This document shows, in pieces, positions 38,096 through 51,577 of a stretch of DNA of 64,000 nucleotides. Below the pieces are notes generated by a model. It had not been told where the DNA came from. It saw only the letters and a list, made by a program, of their open reading frames with translations, and searched no databases. The position numbers were made by a program, and so were the translations under genes. The stretch covers positions 310,001 to 374,000 of the forward strand of contig JAQFVV010000011.1 of the NCBI GenBank assembly GCA_028023455.1. Reading direction: 5' to 3'. Origin of the DNA: Epiperipatus broadwayi. Its lineage: Eukaryota; Animalia; Onychophora. The first letter of the stretch is position 1; every line of letters begins with the position of its first letter.

Positions 38096-41000
38096 GGTTA
38101 ATGTAGTATTGTAATGAAGCTAAATGTTTTTGAATCAATTCCATTTGGATAAATGCCAATTTAATAAATTGAATGAACTGTTGTGTCCAATTTATCTCAT
38201 TTTGTTGCTCGATTGCCAATATTATGTCTTTAGCACTTGATGACTTACATGTATTTATCTGCAATGCGAGAAAGGCTGTGAGCATACTACAGCAATACAT
38301 ACAACAATAATTAATTTATCCCACAAATAGTGACTTTTAACCATTTATTTTCTGAATTAAATTATTAGTATTATACATAATTATAACTCTGGTTAGTATT
38401 AGTAATATAAATCTACATCTTAGAAATAAAACAAGAATATACAAATCACTACTTATGTGATTAAACATCAAATCTGAATCCTAAGGTTTATTAAATAATA
38501 ATAATAATGGTACAACTAGTAAGATCTGTAAGCTCTCTTTGGACTTTCAGTAGTGAGCTGCACTGGGATCTTAACAGTTTCTGCTGAAAGTCTTCCGATG
38601 CCTTTTTTATTCGATCTTCCATCCAGCTGCTCATTTATTGACATTCCAGACAGGCTGCTGCTCTAGATTTTCAAGGTAATTTGTATTATGTGCCACTATT
38701 ATTCTGTATTCCATAGATTTTGATTTTAATTATCTATAAATAGGAATTGTTTCAATTATGGATGCCATTAGTTTTGTTTCTATCTGTCGATAATTTTTTA
38801 CTTCAATTCTCTAAAAATTTTTTTTACCTTACTGATTTTAATTTAGATTTTATATATATACACCCACATCAATAACATATGGCCCATTGTTTAAGAAGTC
38901 AAGTGTAAAAAATATCTTTTTGTTATATGTGAGTATTGCGAGGTAATGATTAGAATATGAATCTGCTACTCTCACAATTCAGTTTGTCTTAAGTGAAACT
39001 TGAAATAAAATAATTATTTGTGAGCTTCTAATATATAAGTTTCTATTAATTGAAGCAGAGAATCTTTTTTTCAGGTTCTATAATTACTTAATTCTAATCA
39101 TTTGAAATCATGTTCACTGCATTTATGATGAATGAAATTTACTGTTTAGTCAGACTCATCTAATTTTAATCTAACAGATATTGTATTTAAAATGTGTTAT
39201 AAACTTCATTTTGCAAACTCATTTGGAGAAATCTCCTCTTCTATGCAGTCTTTTGTATTGATAGTCTCATTTATTTGAGAAGAAATAGAAGTTTTTTTTA
39301 TATGTGTGAATGAGTACAAAATGATTTAAAGATAAGTTGATTTCTTTTCTAAATCGTTTTCATTCTTATTCAAAAGTAGGATAAACATTTTTACTTGTGC
39401 AAGCTGATTTAATGATATTTTTTTCACCCACCCAATACTTTTTTTGACATAATTGAGGTTTTAAAATTAAGGATAAAATTTTCATTTTATTTTTAGCTTT
39501 AAAACAAAAGTAAAATTGATTGAGATAATATAAATTTGGCATTTGTATCAAGTAGGATTAACTATAAGTATTTATTTAAATGTCTTTTTGCTTTAGTTTT
39601 ATTTAAAATTATGTAAATATTTCATTTATTGTACAATGTTTTTTTGTACAGATAATATTAAAATTAAAAATATTGCTTAAACAAATTGTAACCCACTTTA
39701 AGGTAATACACTTGTGGAAAGTTAAATATCTTATAATTTTGTTCTGACAATAAAAGTTTCCAAATTATAGGGATATGGAATAGCAATATTCAACCTGTTA
39801 TAAAAATTTTATCCAGAATCTCTACTTATGGAAGTTTACAATTTATGTTTTGAAACAGCATAAAATTCTTACATAAAACATTTATTTTCTTTATAAAATA
39901 AAGCTAATCAATCAATTAATTACTTATATCATAATTGAAAGTGTTTTTTTAAACAATATTTTTAATCTGGTACATAATATTAATATTATATAATGAGAGA
40001 CATTTCAGTAAAAAAACTAAAATACACATATATTTAAAATAAAATAGAAAATCATATAACGTTACAATACTAGCTAAAAACCCCAAACTTTTACTAAAAT
40101 TCTTCTACGGCCATGGTTTAATTTATTAACAAGTAGACCTTTTCAAGTGAAATTCAACTAATATACAACACAAAACAAAATAGCCCATTATTCACCTAAA
40201 AAATCAAGTTCCTTTAATATCAAAAGATGTTTTCATGAGATTAATGGTTTCAGATTCAAGAAAATTTATCATCAGAGTTTCTTTTACTCTTTTTTTTTAA
40301 ATGCACTTTTTTCATAAAAGATAACTTCTGCTTGTTTATGACCTGTATTTAGTTCATAGATAAACAAAACTGAATTATAATCTATTTTTAATTCTACTCT
40401 TATAAACTTTTACTATTGCATTAAGACTTAATTTACTTTGACCTATATAAATTTTACAACAATTGCAAGGAATCTTATAAACCACTAGGAATAGATTTTC
40501 TGTCAATTGACTGTTTTGAATTTTTTAATAATAAATTGAAGTCAAGGCCGCTTTCATTCACCCAATAAATAGCTATTCTTATAAATCAATTTATAAATTG
40601 ATGACTTAAATGGTAATTACAAATAAAAATATAAAGGTTAGAAAACTCATTTATATGAGCATTCACAAGTGTTTATTTTATCATTAAAATAGTTTATTCA
40701 TTTTAATAAGTGTTTCTATTTTGTCTTTTAAAATAATCATCCAGTTCCTCTTATGATTTTTTTTTTTAACAAATAGCATCTGAAAACTTTTAATCCCAAA
40801 TTTAAAATATATATATATATTTTTAAATCAAAGGAAGTGAATTAGCTGATATGAAGTTAGCAACTGAAAACTTTGACTTTTTAAAATATGTTTCCATAAA
40901 GTGATGGGAGAATAAATTTTTAAATAAGTTGCCATGAAATTTACCACTTGAAAACAAGAGGGTAAAAAACAAACAAGAAAACCTAACTAATTAGTATTTT

Positions 41001-41447
41001 GTTTGGGTTATAACAACCTAAAAATAAAAGTATAGTATGTATACCTAATATTTAATCAAATTATTAATTATTATTTAAGTATATCTTAATATTTGTTTTT
41101 ACATTTCAAGCATGAGAAGTAAGGGGTGTTTTAATGCAGAAACTGGAAACCAAGAGTGCTAGATTATGAGATTATACCTGTGATTAACTATGTTAGTAAA
41201 TATAGTCTGAAAAATAAATAAAAGAATTTACAAGGATACTTTTACAACCAAATTTCAATGATGAATTTGTTAGGAAAAAAATTGCAAACTATATAATTTA
41301 TTTCACCTAATTTTAGTGATTGTTTAAAAACGAGTTGTTGAAGTTTATAAAGCAACTCCAAATATTATAAAACTAAAATGAATTGTATTAGTTGGGTGGC
41401 AACAGTGTCAAATTCCCTCCAAAGTTGGTTTAATGGTAGTAAAATTC

Positions 41448-41544
41448 TGTTAATTGTTGGTGACCTAGTGGTTAGCATAGCTGCCTTCCAAGCAGCTGGC
41501 CGGGGTTCGCTTCCCAGTCAACACATTTGACATATGAAGAAAAA
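41448..41544 (+). mobile_element. tRNA-Gly(TCC)-derived SINE or retrocopy (family C)
   Basis: Intact anticodon arm gctgc ct TCC aa gcagc (41480-41496), tail tttgacatatg-polyA, and an imperfect 16-bp TSD. Confidence 0.8.
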
Positions 41545-41669
41545 AATTATAGTAAAACTCATTTATCTTACTCAACTTGCCTTCAAGCTATTTCCAATTT
41601 TTTGTTTTATTTAAAAATTGTGCAGGAAACACGAATTATTTATTTAAATTTTAATTAAATATCTAATTT

Positions 41670-43400
41670 TTTAGCTATTGTGATTTCTGTACATTTGATA
41701 CAATAACTTTGCCTGCTCCTTGGTGTCCTCAGAAACCTGAATATCCCAGAGTCCATTCTGTCCATCTTCCACAATCTCCTGTCCAACAGAGAAATCCTAG
41801 TTAGCCTGGATAGGAAAGTTGCCCCTGACTTTACACCCAACATATCCATCCCTCAGGGCTCTCCACTGAGCACTTTGTTGTTCACTGCATTTCTGAATCC
41901 CTCTTGCTCAGGCTAGAACATGACCTCACTGGCATCTTCATTCCTGCACTGAGCAAAAGCGTCAAATGCCTTGCTTATGTAGGTTGTCTTCCTTTCCCTC
42001 AATTGATCTCATTCCCAGGCTTCAGCAGATCCTTACTTGGTACTCCAATACATACCGGTTGAAATTTAGCAGTGACAAATCAGCAGCCTGACAACTTTCA
42101 ACTGGTAAACAAATCCCTTCCACCTTCAATGCCAAGCCACACAACTTTCTTGGATTCCCCCTCATGTTGTCTCCTAGGGACATGAGAGTTCGGGTCCAAA
42201 CCATACTCTATCAAAGCATAACATCCACCATCAATGTTATCACAGGCATCTACCTCTCCCTTTATGGGAAAGTCACTCCTCAATTTTCTAGTGTTTCCTA
42301 AAATAGCATACTACATCCCCATTGTTCTACCTACACATTCCTTTATATCCAAAATCAACTCCCTTTGCTCCTGTTTTCTCTGGGGAAGAAAGGTGGTGGC
42401 CATTAGCCTAAAAAGAACTTGGTTTTCCTAAAAACCTCAATGGGTTGGGCCTGCACTCCATCAACACTCTTCTGATCCAGAAATCTCACATTATCCTCAC
42501 ACTCCTATCACTTCCCTGCCAATCTTATGCATATCACTATCACACCCACTGACACTCCTCCTCCCAATGGCAGGCCTAGGTCATGGACCTCACTCATTGC
42601 CAACATCCTACAAAAGGCTGGCTTTGCTATACCACCCATCAACAGCAAACTAAAGTACTGGGAGGTTTTCAACCAGACCACAGACTTCTCCATTGTGTCT
42701 CTTACCTTCCTTGGACTTACCAATAGCCAACTAATCCGCAAATTCAAAAGGTGGTCCCTTGAAGCAAAATTCCTTGATTTTTCTCCTCAAAATAAATCTT
42801 CACTCCCTTCCCACAAATCAATTTTTGGTGAACCATAGGGGGTTCACCAAGATCTCTTCCATATGCTAGCTCTGTAAAACTGACAATGAAACCATCCAGC
42901 ACTTCCTACTTAAATGTCCTTTTCTGCTTGGCATGAGAAATGTCATCCACTCCTACCTTTTCTCACACAGAAATACCATCTTCAACCTCTAAGAATCTAT
43001 AGAAACAGGGGTCTTTGCAGTTATTAGACTGTCAATTTTTCTCATCTATGCTCTCTGGTTGCTCCTATGTGCCATCATTCTTGACCAGAGAGTACAGTCA
43101 GTAAATCAAAAGCTCTTGGACCTAATTCGCACTCTCAAAACCCGAGACACCAAACTAGCCCCACCTCCATTCCTCACAGCCACTTGGGCAATCCTCCAAC
43201 TTCCATCCTCTCAGCCTCTGCCATAGGACTCAATCACAAAGACACGCTCTTCTAACCAGCCTAAACTACACACCATTTCCCCTCTCCACTTCCCATTCCT
43301 GTTTACATGTATCCTCCCCTCTTATCATTTTGTTTCCTGAAATTTCATTTGTTTCACTGTATCTGTTTTTTTCTTGACAAATAAATATCTCATCACTGGG
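41670..43400 (+). mobile_element. Decayed L1/Tx1-like LINE RT and C-terminal fragment
   Basis: SIPQGSPLSTLLFTAFLNP (RT QG.PLS motif), KCLAY, and GKSLLNFLVFPKIAYY..INSLCSCFLWGRK..ISLK (Tx1-type post-RT motif). Confidence 0.8.
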
Positions 43401-43779
43401 AAAAAAAAACTTTGCTATGATTTCAATTTTTATTTGTTTTGAAAGTATTGTCAAATGTAGTCTTACCAAATGTTGAATAATAATTAACAGTTTTGACTAC
43501 GAACGGTAAACCTAGATGTGGATCATTTAATATGTATTGAATAAATGTAGTCATATGATAATATCATGTTCAATAACTTTTTATAATGTAAAATTTATAA
43601 TTCTTTAGAAATTAATCAGAGCAAAAAATAAATAAATACTAACACCTTTTTTTTTTTTTAAAAAAAGTTTAATAGCAAAATATAAATTTACAAACGTATA
43701 CAAAAATTTGTTAAATACTTCAAATAAAGTAAATATTAGAACATTGGCAAAATGATATCAAAAGTTGATTTTTGAAATA

Positions 43780-44977
43780 CACGTGGGTTTCTTTTTACGC
43801 GGACTTATTTAACATGATTTTGAAGTTACGCGATTCGCGTTTCACCGGAAGTCAAATTCTGATAAGGCGCTATTACGTTAAATAATAAATTTCGTGCACT
43901 TACATTATATTGAAAGTAATAGCACATTATTGGAATTCTACTTTCATCTTAGTAATTTCAATATTTTCAGTGCTTTATAATAGTAAGATTTTATGCAATA
44001 ATGAAATTAAAATCATGATTTCCACATTTTATGTATACACACATTAAATTTTACAAGATTATAATGTATATTTGTTCTAACATTGTGCGTGTTAATTTTG
44101 CATTTTAAATCACATTCTGGTTTTTGCTTTTTAAAAAGAACGTAATCAATATTAATCATTTAGTGTCCACAAGTTTATTTTTAAAAGGTCAGTAATAGCA
44201 GTGGGCACAATTAAAAATTAAAATCTGATTTTTAATTGTAATTAACAATTTAAAAACTACTTACGGGTGACTTGAAATTAATGTGATGTAAAACGAAATT
44301 TGATTTTTAAATGGAATTGAAAATTAAAAACAAAAATAAGAATTTAATTTTTAGTTGTTAGTTTTAATTAAATTTTTCCCAGCAGTGGTGAATAAATGTC
44401 TTTTTATTATCATAAGTCTAAGTTCCTAAACAATAAAATCATCGTCGTCGTCAACAAAAAACCATTAACACAACATAAGAGTGAACTTGGCGCTAGTTGT
44501 ATTTCCTCTTGTGAGAATAATTACTGAGATATTCTTGACTTCGTTTAAGGAGAAGCCAAATACATCAAATCACATGAGAATCTGATTTTTTACTAGTTTG
44601 CAAACGAACGTGTTTTTGGCCAAATAGCGATAATAATTAAAACGCGTATAAAAAAATGTAAATTACTGTACTGTAAATTATGCATAAAAATATATTATTT
44701 TGAATAAAATTAAATATTATAGTTAAAAAAAAGTTTGTCTTGTATCAATTTTTTTCAAATTTGAAATTTTTTATTAATCCTATTTTATTTCCTTATTTTT
44801 TTTTTTTTGCGCGAATTTTAAAGTAATTTTACGTTGGTGCTTTGCTTTTACGCAAATTTTGAAAAATCACAGACCGCATTCCCCCTTTTTCAATGTAAGT
44901 TACGTCTATTTTTGCGCGATTTCATTTGCGCGTGTTTTCTGAGAAACCTATCTATCGTGTAAAACGAGACCCAAGTG
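43780..44977. mobile_element. Non-autonomous pogo/Tigger-like element
   Basis: Imperfect ~22-bp TIRs cacgtgggtttctttttacgcg / cgtgtaaaacgagacccaagtg, flanked by TA on both sides. The interior is CpG-rich relative to the flanks. Confidence 0.75.
44519..44574 (+). mobile_element. 56-bp 3' tail of LINE family H nested in the pogo-like element
   Basis: Near-identical to 17023-17075, with a 7-bp TSD tgagaat (44512-44518, 44575-44581). Confidence 0.75.
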
Positions 44978-45139
44978 TATATAAAAGATAATGCGATTAA
45001 TCTTTTAGCTATATAAAAACTAGTTTTATGATGACTTCAGAAATTATATTTTTTATTACAAAATCAATATAAAAAATATTACAGTTCCAACTAAAATAAT
45101 AAAACCATTTACTTCAATATATAAAATAAATTCCAAGAT

Positions 45140-45290
45140 ATTGTAAAAGACCTAGAAAGATACCAGTTGTGAGATGGATGAATGAAATAAGGAAATGTGT
45201 AGGGTGATGTGGAAAAAAGAGGTTAGAGATCGAAATGGATTAAACTTGGAGATCTTTATCCTGTAATGGAACGATAATGATGATGATAAA
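45140..45290 (+). mobile_element. RTE 3' end with a (GAT)n tail
   Basis: Reverse-complement match to ~63600-63760. Confidence 0.75.
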
Positions 45291-45724
45291 ATAAATACAC
45301 TTGCAAAGTATAAAATATTCGGATGCGTCAAAATTTTTTTTGATATTTTATATTGATATTTTGAAAGCACAAACATTTATTTGAAAGTAAACAGTGAAAA
45401 ATAGAACTAGTTTTCTTCAAATAACTATTGCAAATATACAAAATATTGTTCTAATTTTTTCTGTTCACAGATTAAATTTTAAGCTAATAAATGATTTTAT
45501 TTTAATCAATTAAAAAAAATGGATATTTTATTCAAATAAATTATATTTTAGTACAAAGCAAAAACAACTTTCCAAGATATCGATTGTAGATTTTAGTTTT
45601 TTAGAAACATATATAAATGTATTCATACAATTGTAGATATTTTCATATGTTTCTGTAGGATAATGCAAATAAATTTACTATCTTGCAGAAATAAGTACAA
45701 ATATAAAATTGTGATCAAGACCCA

Positions 45725-47140
45725 TATTTAAGCCAGGAAAAGATTAGTAGTTATGTATTTAAGCCAAGCAAAGATTAGTAGTCATGTATTTAAGCTAACC
45801 AAAGATTAGTAGTCATGTATTTAAGCCAATCAAAGATTAGTAGTTAAGTATTTAAGCCAAACAAAGATTAGTAAACATGTATTTAAGCCAAGCAAAGATT
45901 AGTAGTCATGTATTTAAACCAAGCACAGATTAGTAGTCATGTATCTAAGCTAAGCAAAGATTAATAGTTATGTATTTAAGCCAAGCAAAGATTAGTAGTT
46001 ATGTATTTAAGCCAACCAAAGATTAGTAGTCATGTATTTAAGCCAACCTTAAGCCAAGCAAAGATTAATAGTTATACATTTAAGTCAATCAAAGATTAGT
46101 AATATATTTAAGCCAATCATAGATTAGTAATTATGTATTTAAGCCAAGCAAAGATTAGTAGTTATGTATTTAAGCCAAGCAAAGATTAGTAGTCATGTAT
46201 TTAAACCAAGAAAAGAGTAGTCATGCATTTAAGTCAAGCAAAGATTAGTAGTCATGTATTTAAGCTAACCAAAGATTAGTAGTCATGTATTTAAGCCAAC
46301 CAAAGATTAGTAGTTATGTATTTAAGCCAAGCAAAGATTAGTAGACATGTATTTAAGCCAAGCAAAGATTAGTAGTCATGTATTTAAACCAAGCAAAGAT
46401 TAGTAGTCATGTATCTAAGCCAAGCAAAGATTAATAGTTATGTATTTAAGCCAACCAAAGATTAGTAGTCATATATTTAAGCCAACCATAAGCCAAGAAA
46501 AGATTAGTAGCCATGTATCTAAGCCAAGCAAAGATTAATAATTATGTATTTAAGCCAATCATAGATTAGTAATTATGTATTTAAGCCAAGCAAAGATTAG
46601 TAGTTATGTATTTAAGCCAAGCAAAGATTAGTAGTCATGTATTTAAACGAAGAAAAGATTAGTAGTCATGTATTTAAGTCAAGCAAAGATTAGTAGTCAT
46701 GTATTTAAGGCCAATCAAAGATTAGTAGTCATGTATTTAAGCCAACCAAAGATTAGTAGTTACGTATTTAAACCAAGCAAAGATTAGTAGTCATGTATTT
46801 AAGTCAAGCAAAGATTAGTAGTCATGTATTTAAGGCCAAGCAAAGATTAGTAGTCATGTATTTAAGCCAACCAAAGATTAGTAGTTACGTATTTAAACCA
46901 AGCAAAGATTAGTAGTCATGTATTTAAGCCAAGCAAAGATAAGTGGTCATGTATTTTAAGCTAAGCAAAGATTAGTAGTCATGTATTTAAGCCAAGAAAA
47001 GATTAGTAATCATGTATTTAAGCCAAGCAAAGATTAGTAGTTATGTATTTAAGCCAAGCAAAGATTTGTAGTTAGATATTTAAGCCAACCAAAAATTAGT
47101 AGTTATATGCTTAAACAAAGCAAAGATTAGTAGTCATGTA
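45725..47140. repeat. 31-bp minisatellite, about 45 copies
   Basis: Unit gtatttaagccaagcaaagattagtagtcat, head-to-tail with no spacers. Confidence 0.97.
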
Positions 47141-47635
47141 AAACCTTTATGTGACAGATCCAGCCATTTAATGCCTGTCATGCATTTAAAAGGTTCTCAC
47201 ATTCATTCATCAAGTTTTTAACTTCATATCTGTGGATAATATTATGGATGATTCGTTGAGAAAATTTATTTCAAAGCTTCTTGTAGCTTTAACATTTCAA
47301 AACTAATTTTTTTTCTTTGATCTCTATTTTGTTCATCTGCTTTTTTGCAAGCATATTAACTTTCTATTTATTATTAAAGGATTATTAAACAAAATATTTT
47401 ATCCACAAGAACCAGACTTACATATCAGGAAGAGTAAATAGAAACAATAATTTTGCAATTATATTTATACATATACAAATGTTAATACTAATTATTTTAA
47501 TGAGCACATAAATAATTTTACAGTTTATCAAATATGTAGCACTATGAATATAAATGTATTTCATGGAACAAATATATGACAAAAGAGATTGGCATTGATG
47601 TAATAAAATACACATTATTTATAAGTTTATTTAAA

Positions 47636-47986
47636 TATAGAGGGTTTGAACTCAGACTTTTAAGCACCCTTCAACTATCCACACTATCTCATATCACTAA
47701 TACACATGACCACACACATGTAAAAAATATAAATAATTACCAATATATGCATTTCGTGCTGAACCAGCACTCATCAGTTGGCCCTCATCATCATCTCCCA
47801 CACACATATAATCAGTGCTCAATTTATATTAAGATAGCAAATACTCATACTTTAATGGACAGGTTTCACTCAACTCCAATCCCCAACTCTTCAGCCATCC
47901 ATACTATTGAAAATCTGATGATGGACAGCCCAAGCCCAAATCCCAGGTTGATACCAATCTTATTGTTATGTCTGTATTTCAAATAT
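47636..47986 (-). mobile_element. Family B HHR element
   Basis: 14-bp TSD taagtttatttaaa (47622-47635, 47987-48000) around an element with an intact HHR. Confidence 0.9.
47740..47781 (-). ncRNA. Minimal type I hammerhead ribozyme, family B (all core nucleotides intact)
   Basis: CCAA CTGATGA GTGCTG gtt CAGCAC GAAA T gcat A TA | TTGG, with a 4-bp stem I, 6-bp stem II and 2-bp stem III. Confidence 0.88.
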
Positions 47987-49479
47987 TAAGTTTATTTAAA
48001 ATGATTCTTTGGGGATCTTGCTTGTAAATTGTCTTAGTAACATATCTTAATTGTTCCATGAAATAGATATATACAAATTAAGTATCTATAAGTCTGTTAA
48101 TAATAAAAATTTAATTGTTAGTGAGAATAAAGAGTTTATTTTTTTTAACATTTAAGTCATTAATTTATAAATTGATTTATAAGAATAGCTATTTATTGGG
48201 TGATATGAAAGTGGATTTGTCTTAAATTCATTATTAAATAATACAAAAGAGTCAATTGATAGCAAATCTATTCCTAGTTTGGTTTTTAAGATTTCTTGCA
48301 GTTGTCATAAAAGTTATATAGGTCAAAGTAAATTAAGTCTTAATGAAAGAGTTAAAGTTCATAAGACTAGAGCTAAAATTGATATCATAATTCAACTTTG
48401 TATATTCATGTTGTGAATAAAAGTCATATAATATTATTTGTCAATGCAAAAATTATCTTATAGGATAGAAACAAATTAAAAAGACTATTTTATTTTGTAT
48501 ATATATGTTGTGTGTAATTTGTTGAATTTCATTTAAAAAGCTTTATTTGTTAATAGATGAAACCATGGTTGTGGAGAAATTTTAACAATTTTTTTTTTTT
48601 TTGCCTAATGTTAGATGATTTTCTATTTTATATATACAAATGTATACATTTATAGGCATTTCTTGTTATATTTCTTTATACTTAATTTTTAATCAGTCTT
48701 TTGAGAAAATTTATATTATTAAAATCATCATTATCAAACAGATCCATAACAGTTCATTATATTTATACAAGAATCAACAATATTTGAATTTTTTTATATG
48801 TAACAGATAATACGCTATTATTAATGTCAAAACAATTAATAATTATTCCTTATTTTTATTTCTTGTTTTTGCTATATGCATTTTTTAATATGGTGCACTA
48901 TAATCATGGACATTACCTATAATAAATGTTTTAATTAATTTTGGTGTATCACACTAAAGATGCATCCACTTTAAAGTGATCAAATAAAAAATATCTACAG
49001 TAAGGAATCATTATTTTGCTATTTTTCATTAATCCTTTATTCTTAAATATGCATGCTTGCACATATCCATGATAGAAATATATATGTAAGATAAAACTGG
49101 CAGACATTTTGAAAAACTATTGCAAGAATATTTTTAAAAAATTTCTAGTAGGAGAGGTAAATTTTTAAAAAAATGGCAGTGATATGATTTCTATATATAT
49201 ATATGAGATCATGAAGTATGTTGAAGAAGTCTATGAAAAACTATATAATAATAAAGAAGAAGAAACAGTAGCTCCTACAATTATGATGATATTTTTTAAT
49301 ATATAGCCCATACAATTACAACATCTTTTGAAATGCCAACTATTATATTTTAAACGAAGAGGTGAAACATAAGTCTATAAAAAATGAAAACCAAAAGTGA
49401 TGGAATATTTACAGATATTTAAAAAAAAGTTGGTGAAGAAATAGTTGGTAAATATATTTATCAAATATCTAAGAAGATA

Positions 49480-50139
49480 AAATATAGGGGATTTGAACAC
49501 AAACTTTCAAGCACCCTTCAAGTATCCACACTCTCATACCACTGAAACACATGACCACACACATGTAGGAAAGATAAATAATCACCAATATACATATTTC
49601 ATGCTGAACCAGCACTCATCAGTTGGTCCAGATTATCATCTCCCACACACACACATATATAATCAGTGCTCAGTTTATATTAAGACAGCAAATCTTCATA
49701 TCTTAATAAACAGAATTCATTCTACTCCAACCTCCAACACTTCAGCTGTCCATACCATTGAAAATCTGATGATGGAAAACCCAAATCTCATACTGGTGCC
49801 AATATTATTGCCATGCCATATTGGCACCAGTACGGGATTTGGGATTTCCATCATCAGATTTTCAATGGTATGGATGGCTGAAATGTTGGAGGTTGGAGTA
49901 GATTGAAGCCTGTCCATTAAGGTATGAAGATTTGATGTCTTAATATAAACTGAGCACTGATCATATATATGTGTGAGATGATAATCTGGATCAACTAATG
50001 AGGGCTGGTTTAGCATGAAATACATTTATTGATGATTATTTATCTTTTCTACATGTGTGTGTTCATGTGTTTCAGTGGTATGAGATAGTGTGGATATTTG
50101 AAAGTTTCTTGAAAGTTTGTGTTCGAATCCCCTATATTT
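49480..50139. mobile_element. Family B palindrome, 660 bp
   Basis: Arms 49480-49805 and 49818-50139 around a 12-nt loop. The ORF track shows homologous peptides on opposite strands. Confidence 0.92.
49585..49626 (-). ncRNA. Minimal hammerhead ribozyme, family B
   Basis: CCAA CTGATGA GTGCTG gtt CAGCAT GAAA T atgt A TA | TTGG. Confidence 0.8.
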
Positions 50140-51521
50140 ACAATTAAGTTCCAGATATATGAAGAATGTCTGTATTTGAAGATATATTAAATGAATAGAA
50201 GAATGCAATTCTATGCAAGATTCTAAAATCACTACATCTCACCTGTAGAGTGCTTTGGACTCAAACCGATTAAAACAACAAGTGGCACTTAACAGTGGCT
50301 ATAGCTCAGTAGACCATATTTAAGTACTATGAGAAGTGATAAAATAAACAATGAGCAGTTGCTATTTTGCTTTGAACTTATAAATTATGAAAAGGCATTT
50401 GGCTTTATAAGTATTTCAATAAGGATTAAGGCTCTGAAACCTCAAAGCATAGATTCAGGATAATCTAAAGAATATTTATGAAAATACTGCAGCAGTGATT
50501 AGACTTTGTGATGACACTGTGGAAATTAACATTGGTAAGGATATATGACACCGATTTCAGTTTTCTAAAACTTTTTACAGCAGTTTTCCAAGATGTATTT
50601 TGTAAATTTTAAAAGGAAAAACTAAGAAAATAAAAATAAATGGAAATTAATTATGTCTATCAACAAATGAAGTAATTGTTTCATAAATAATGTTTTACAG
50701 CTTCCTGAAATATTACAGAGCTATCAAATGATGTTAAAAAAAAAGACTGAAGATAAATACTAAAAAAATAAAAACAATGTTTTATGGCTTCCAAAGAGTA
50801 TGAAAATAAAGATTGGTAATACTGAAACAATAGTTATTAATTATAAATACATTGGTTAGGCTGAAACATAATGAATAAAATTGGTGATAGAATTGAACTT
50901 GCATAGAATGGTTTTGTTAGAAATAAGATATTAAAAGAGAATATGCCCATGTTCTTAGAAAAAATGGGATTTTTTTTTATTAAATGTGTTTATCAATGCT
51001 TACTTATAGATCTGACACTCAGATACTTAATTGAAGAGCAATGGACAAATTTCAGAGGACATGATTTATACCGGATTAGTAAGGAGAAATAAAAAACAAA
51101 ATATATGAGTAAGACATTCCCAAAAAAAATGAAGATACTAAAATAGAATTGTGCTAGAAATATAGGTATTTAACTAAAAATCTTAAATTGGATTCCAAAA
51201 GATTGTAAAACATTAAAAAAAGATATCACTGTAAAATAAGTGAATGGGATAACAAAGCTTATGAAAAATAATGTAGAGAATAAAGTTATGGATTGAAGAC
51301 ACTGGATTAAATTTGAAGACACCATGCTAAAATGGTTTAATAATAGTTGAAAATGATGGCCTAATTGATCAGAGCATCATCTTAAATACGGCATTCATGA
51401 ATCTGACAACCACTAGTGCAATTCCCATGCTAGCTGTTACTGGATAGGCCAGAAATACCTGAAAAAGAAATTGGAATAGTATCACTTGAAATGCCATGTT
51501 TATACTAACTAGTGTGTTATT

Positions 51522-51577
51522 AAACAATTCAAAACAAAACAACACTCTCCATATAGGAGATAGTGATCATGTGATGA
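51522..51577. mobile_element. 56-bp minimal family A insertion (inverted tail plus direct tail)
   Basis: 12-bp TSD tagtgtgttatt (51510-51521, 51578-51589); both halves match the A tail, in opposite orientations. Confidence 0.8.

Larger units (their letters stand above)
49300..51330 (+). mobile_element. Decayed RTE RT region interrupted by the family B palindrome
   Basis: ILNEEVKH.. before 49480; after 50140 come SGYSSVDHI, NYEKAF, LKNIYENTAAVIRL and WIPKD. Confidence 0.75.

Noticed and set aside
38490-38620. Short minus-strand ORF MSSWMEDRIKKASEDFQQKLLRSQ...
   Set aside because: Under 50 codons, with no splice or homology support.
40240-40290. Minus-strand CTGATGA...GAAAC motif
   Set aside because: Stem II does not pair, there is no NUH/stem I, and it is single-copy.
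45725-47140. CRISPR array
   Set aside because: The units are contiguous with no unique spacers, there are no cas genes, and the context is eukaryotic. It is a minisatellite.
29680-49800. CTGATGATGG at the far end of family B as a second, opposite-strand HHR
   Set aside because: No stem II-GAAA follows in any of the four copies.
47576-49906. Two homologous 137-aa ORFs (47576-47989, 49493-49906) as a small protein family
   Set aside because: They are the antisense reading of family B. Other copies are frame-broken, the openness fits a C/A-rich strand, and no domain is recognisable.
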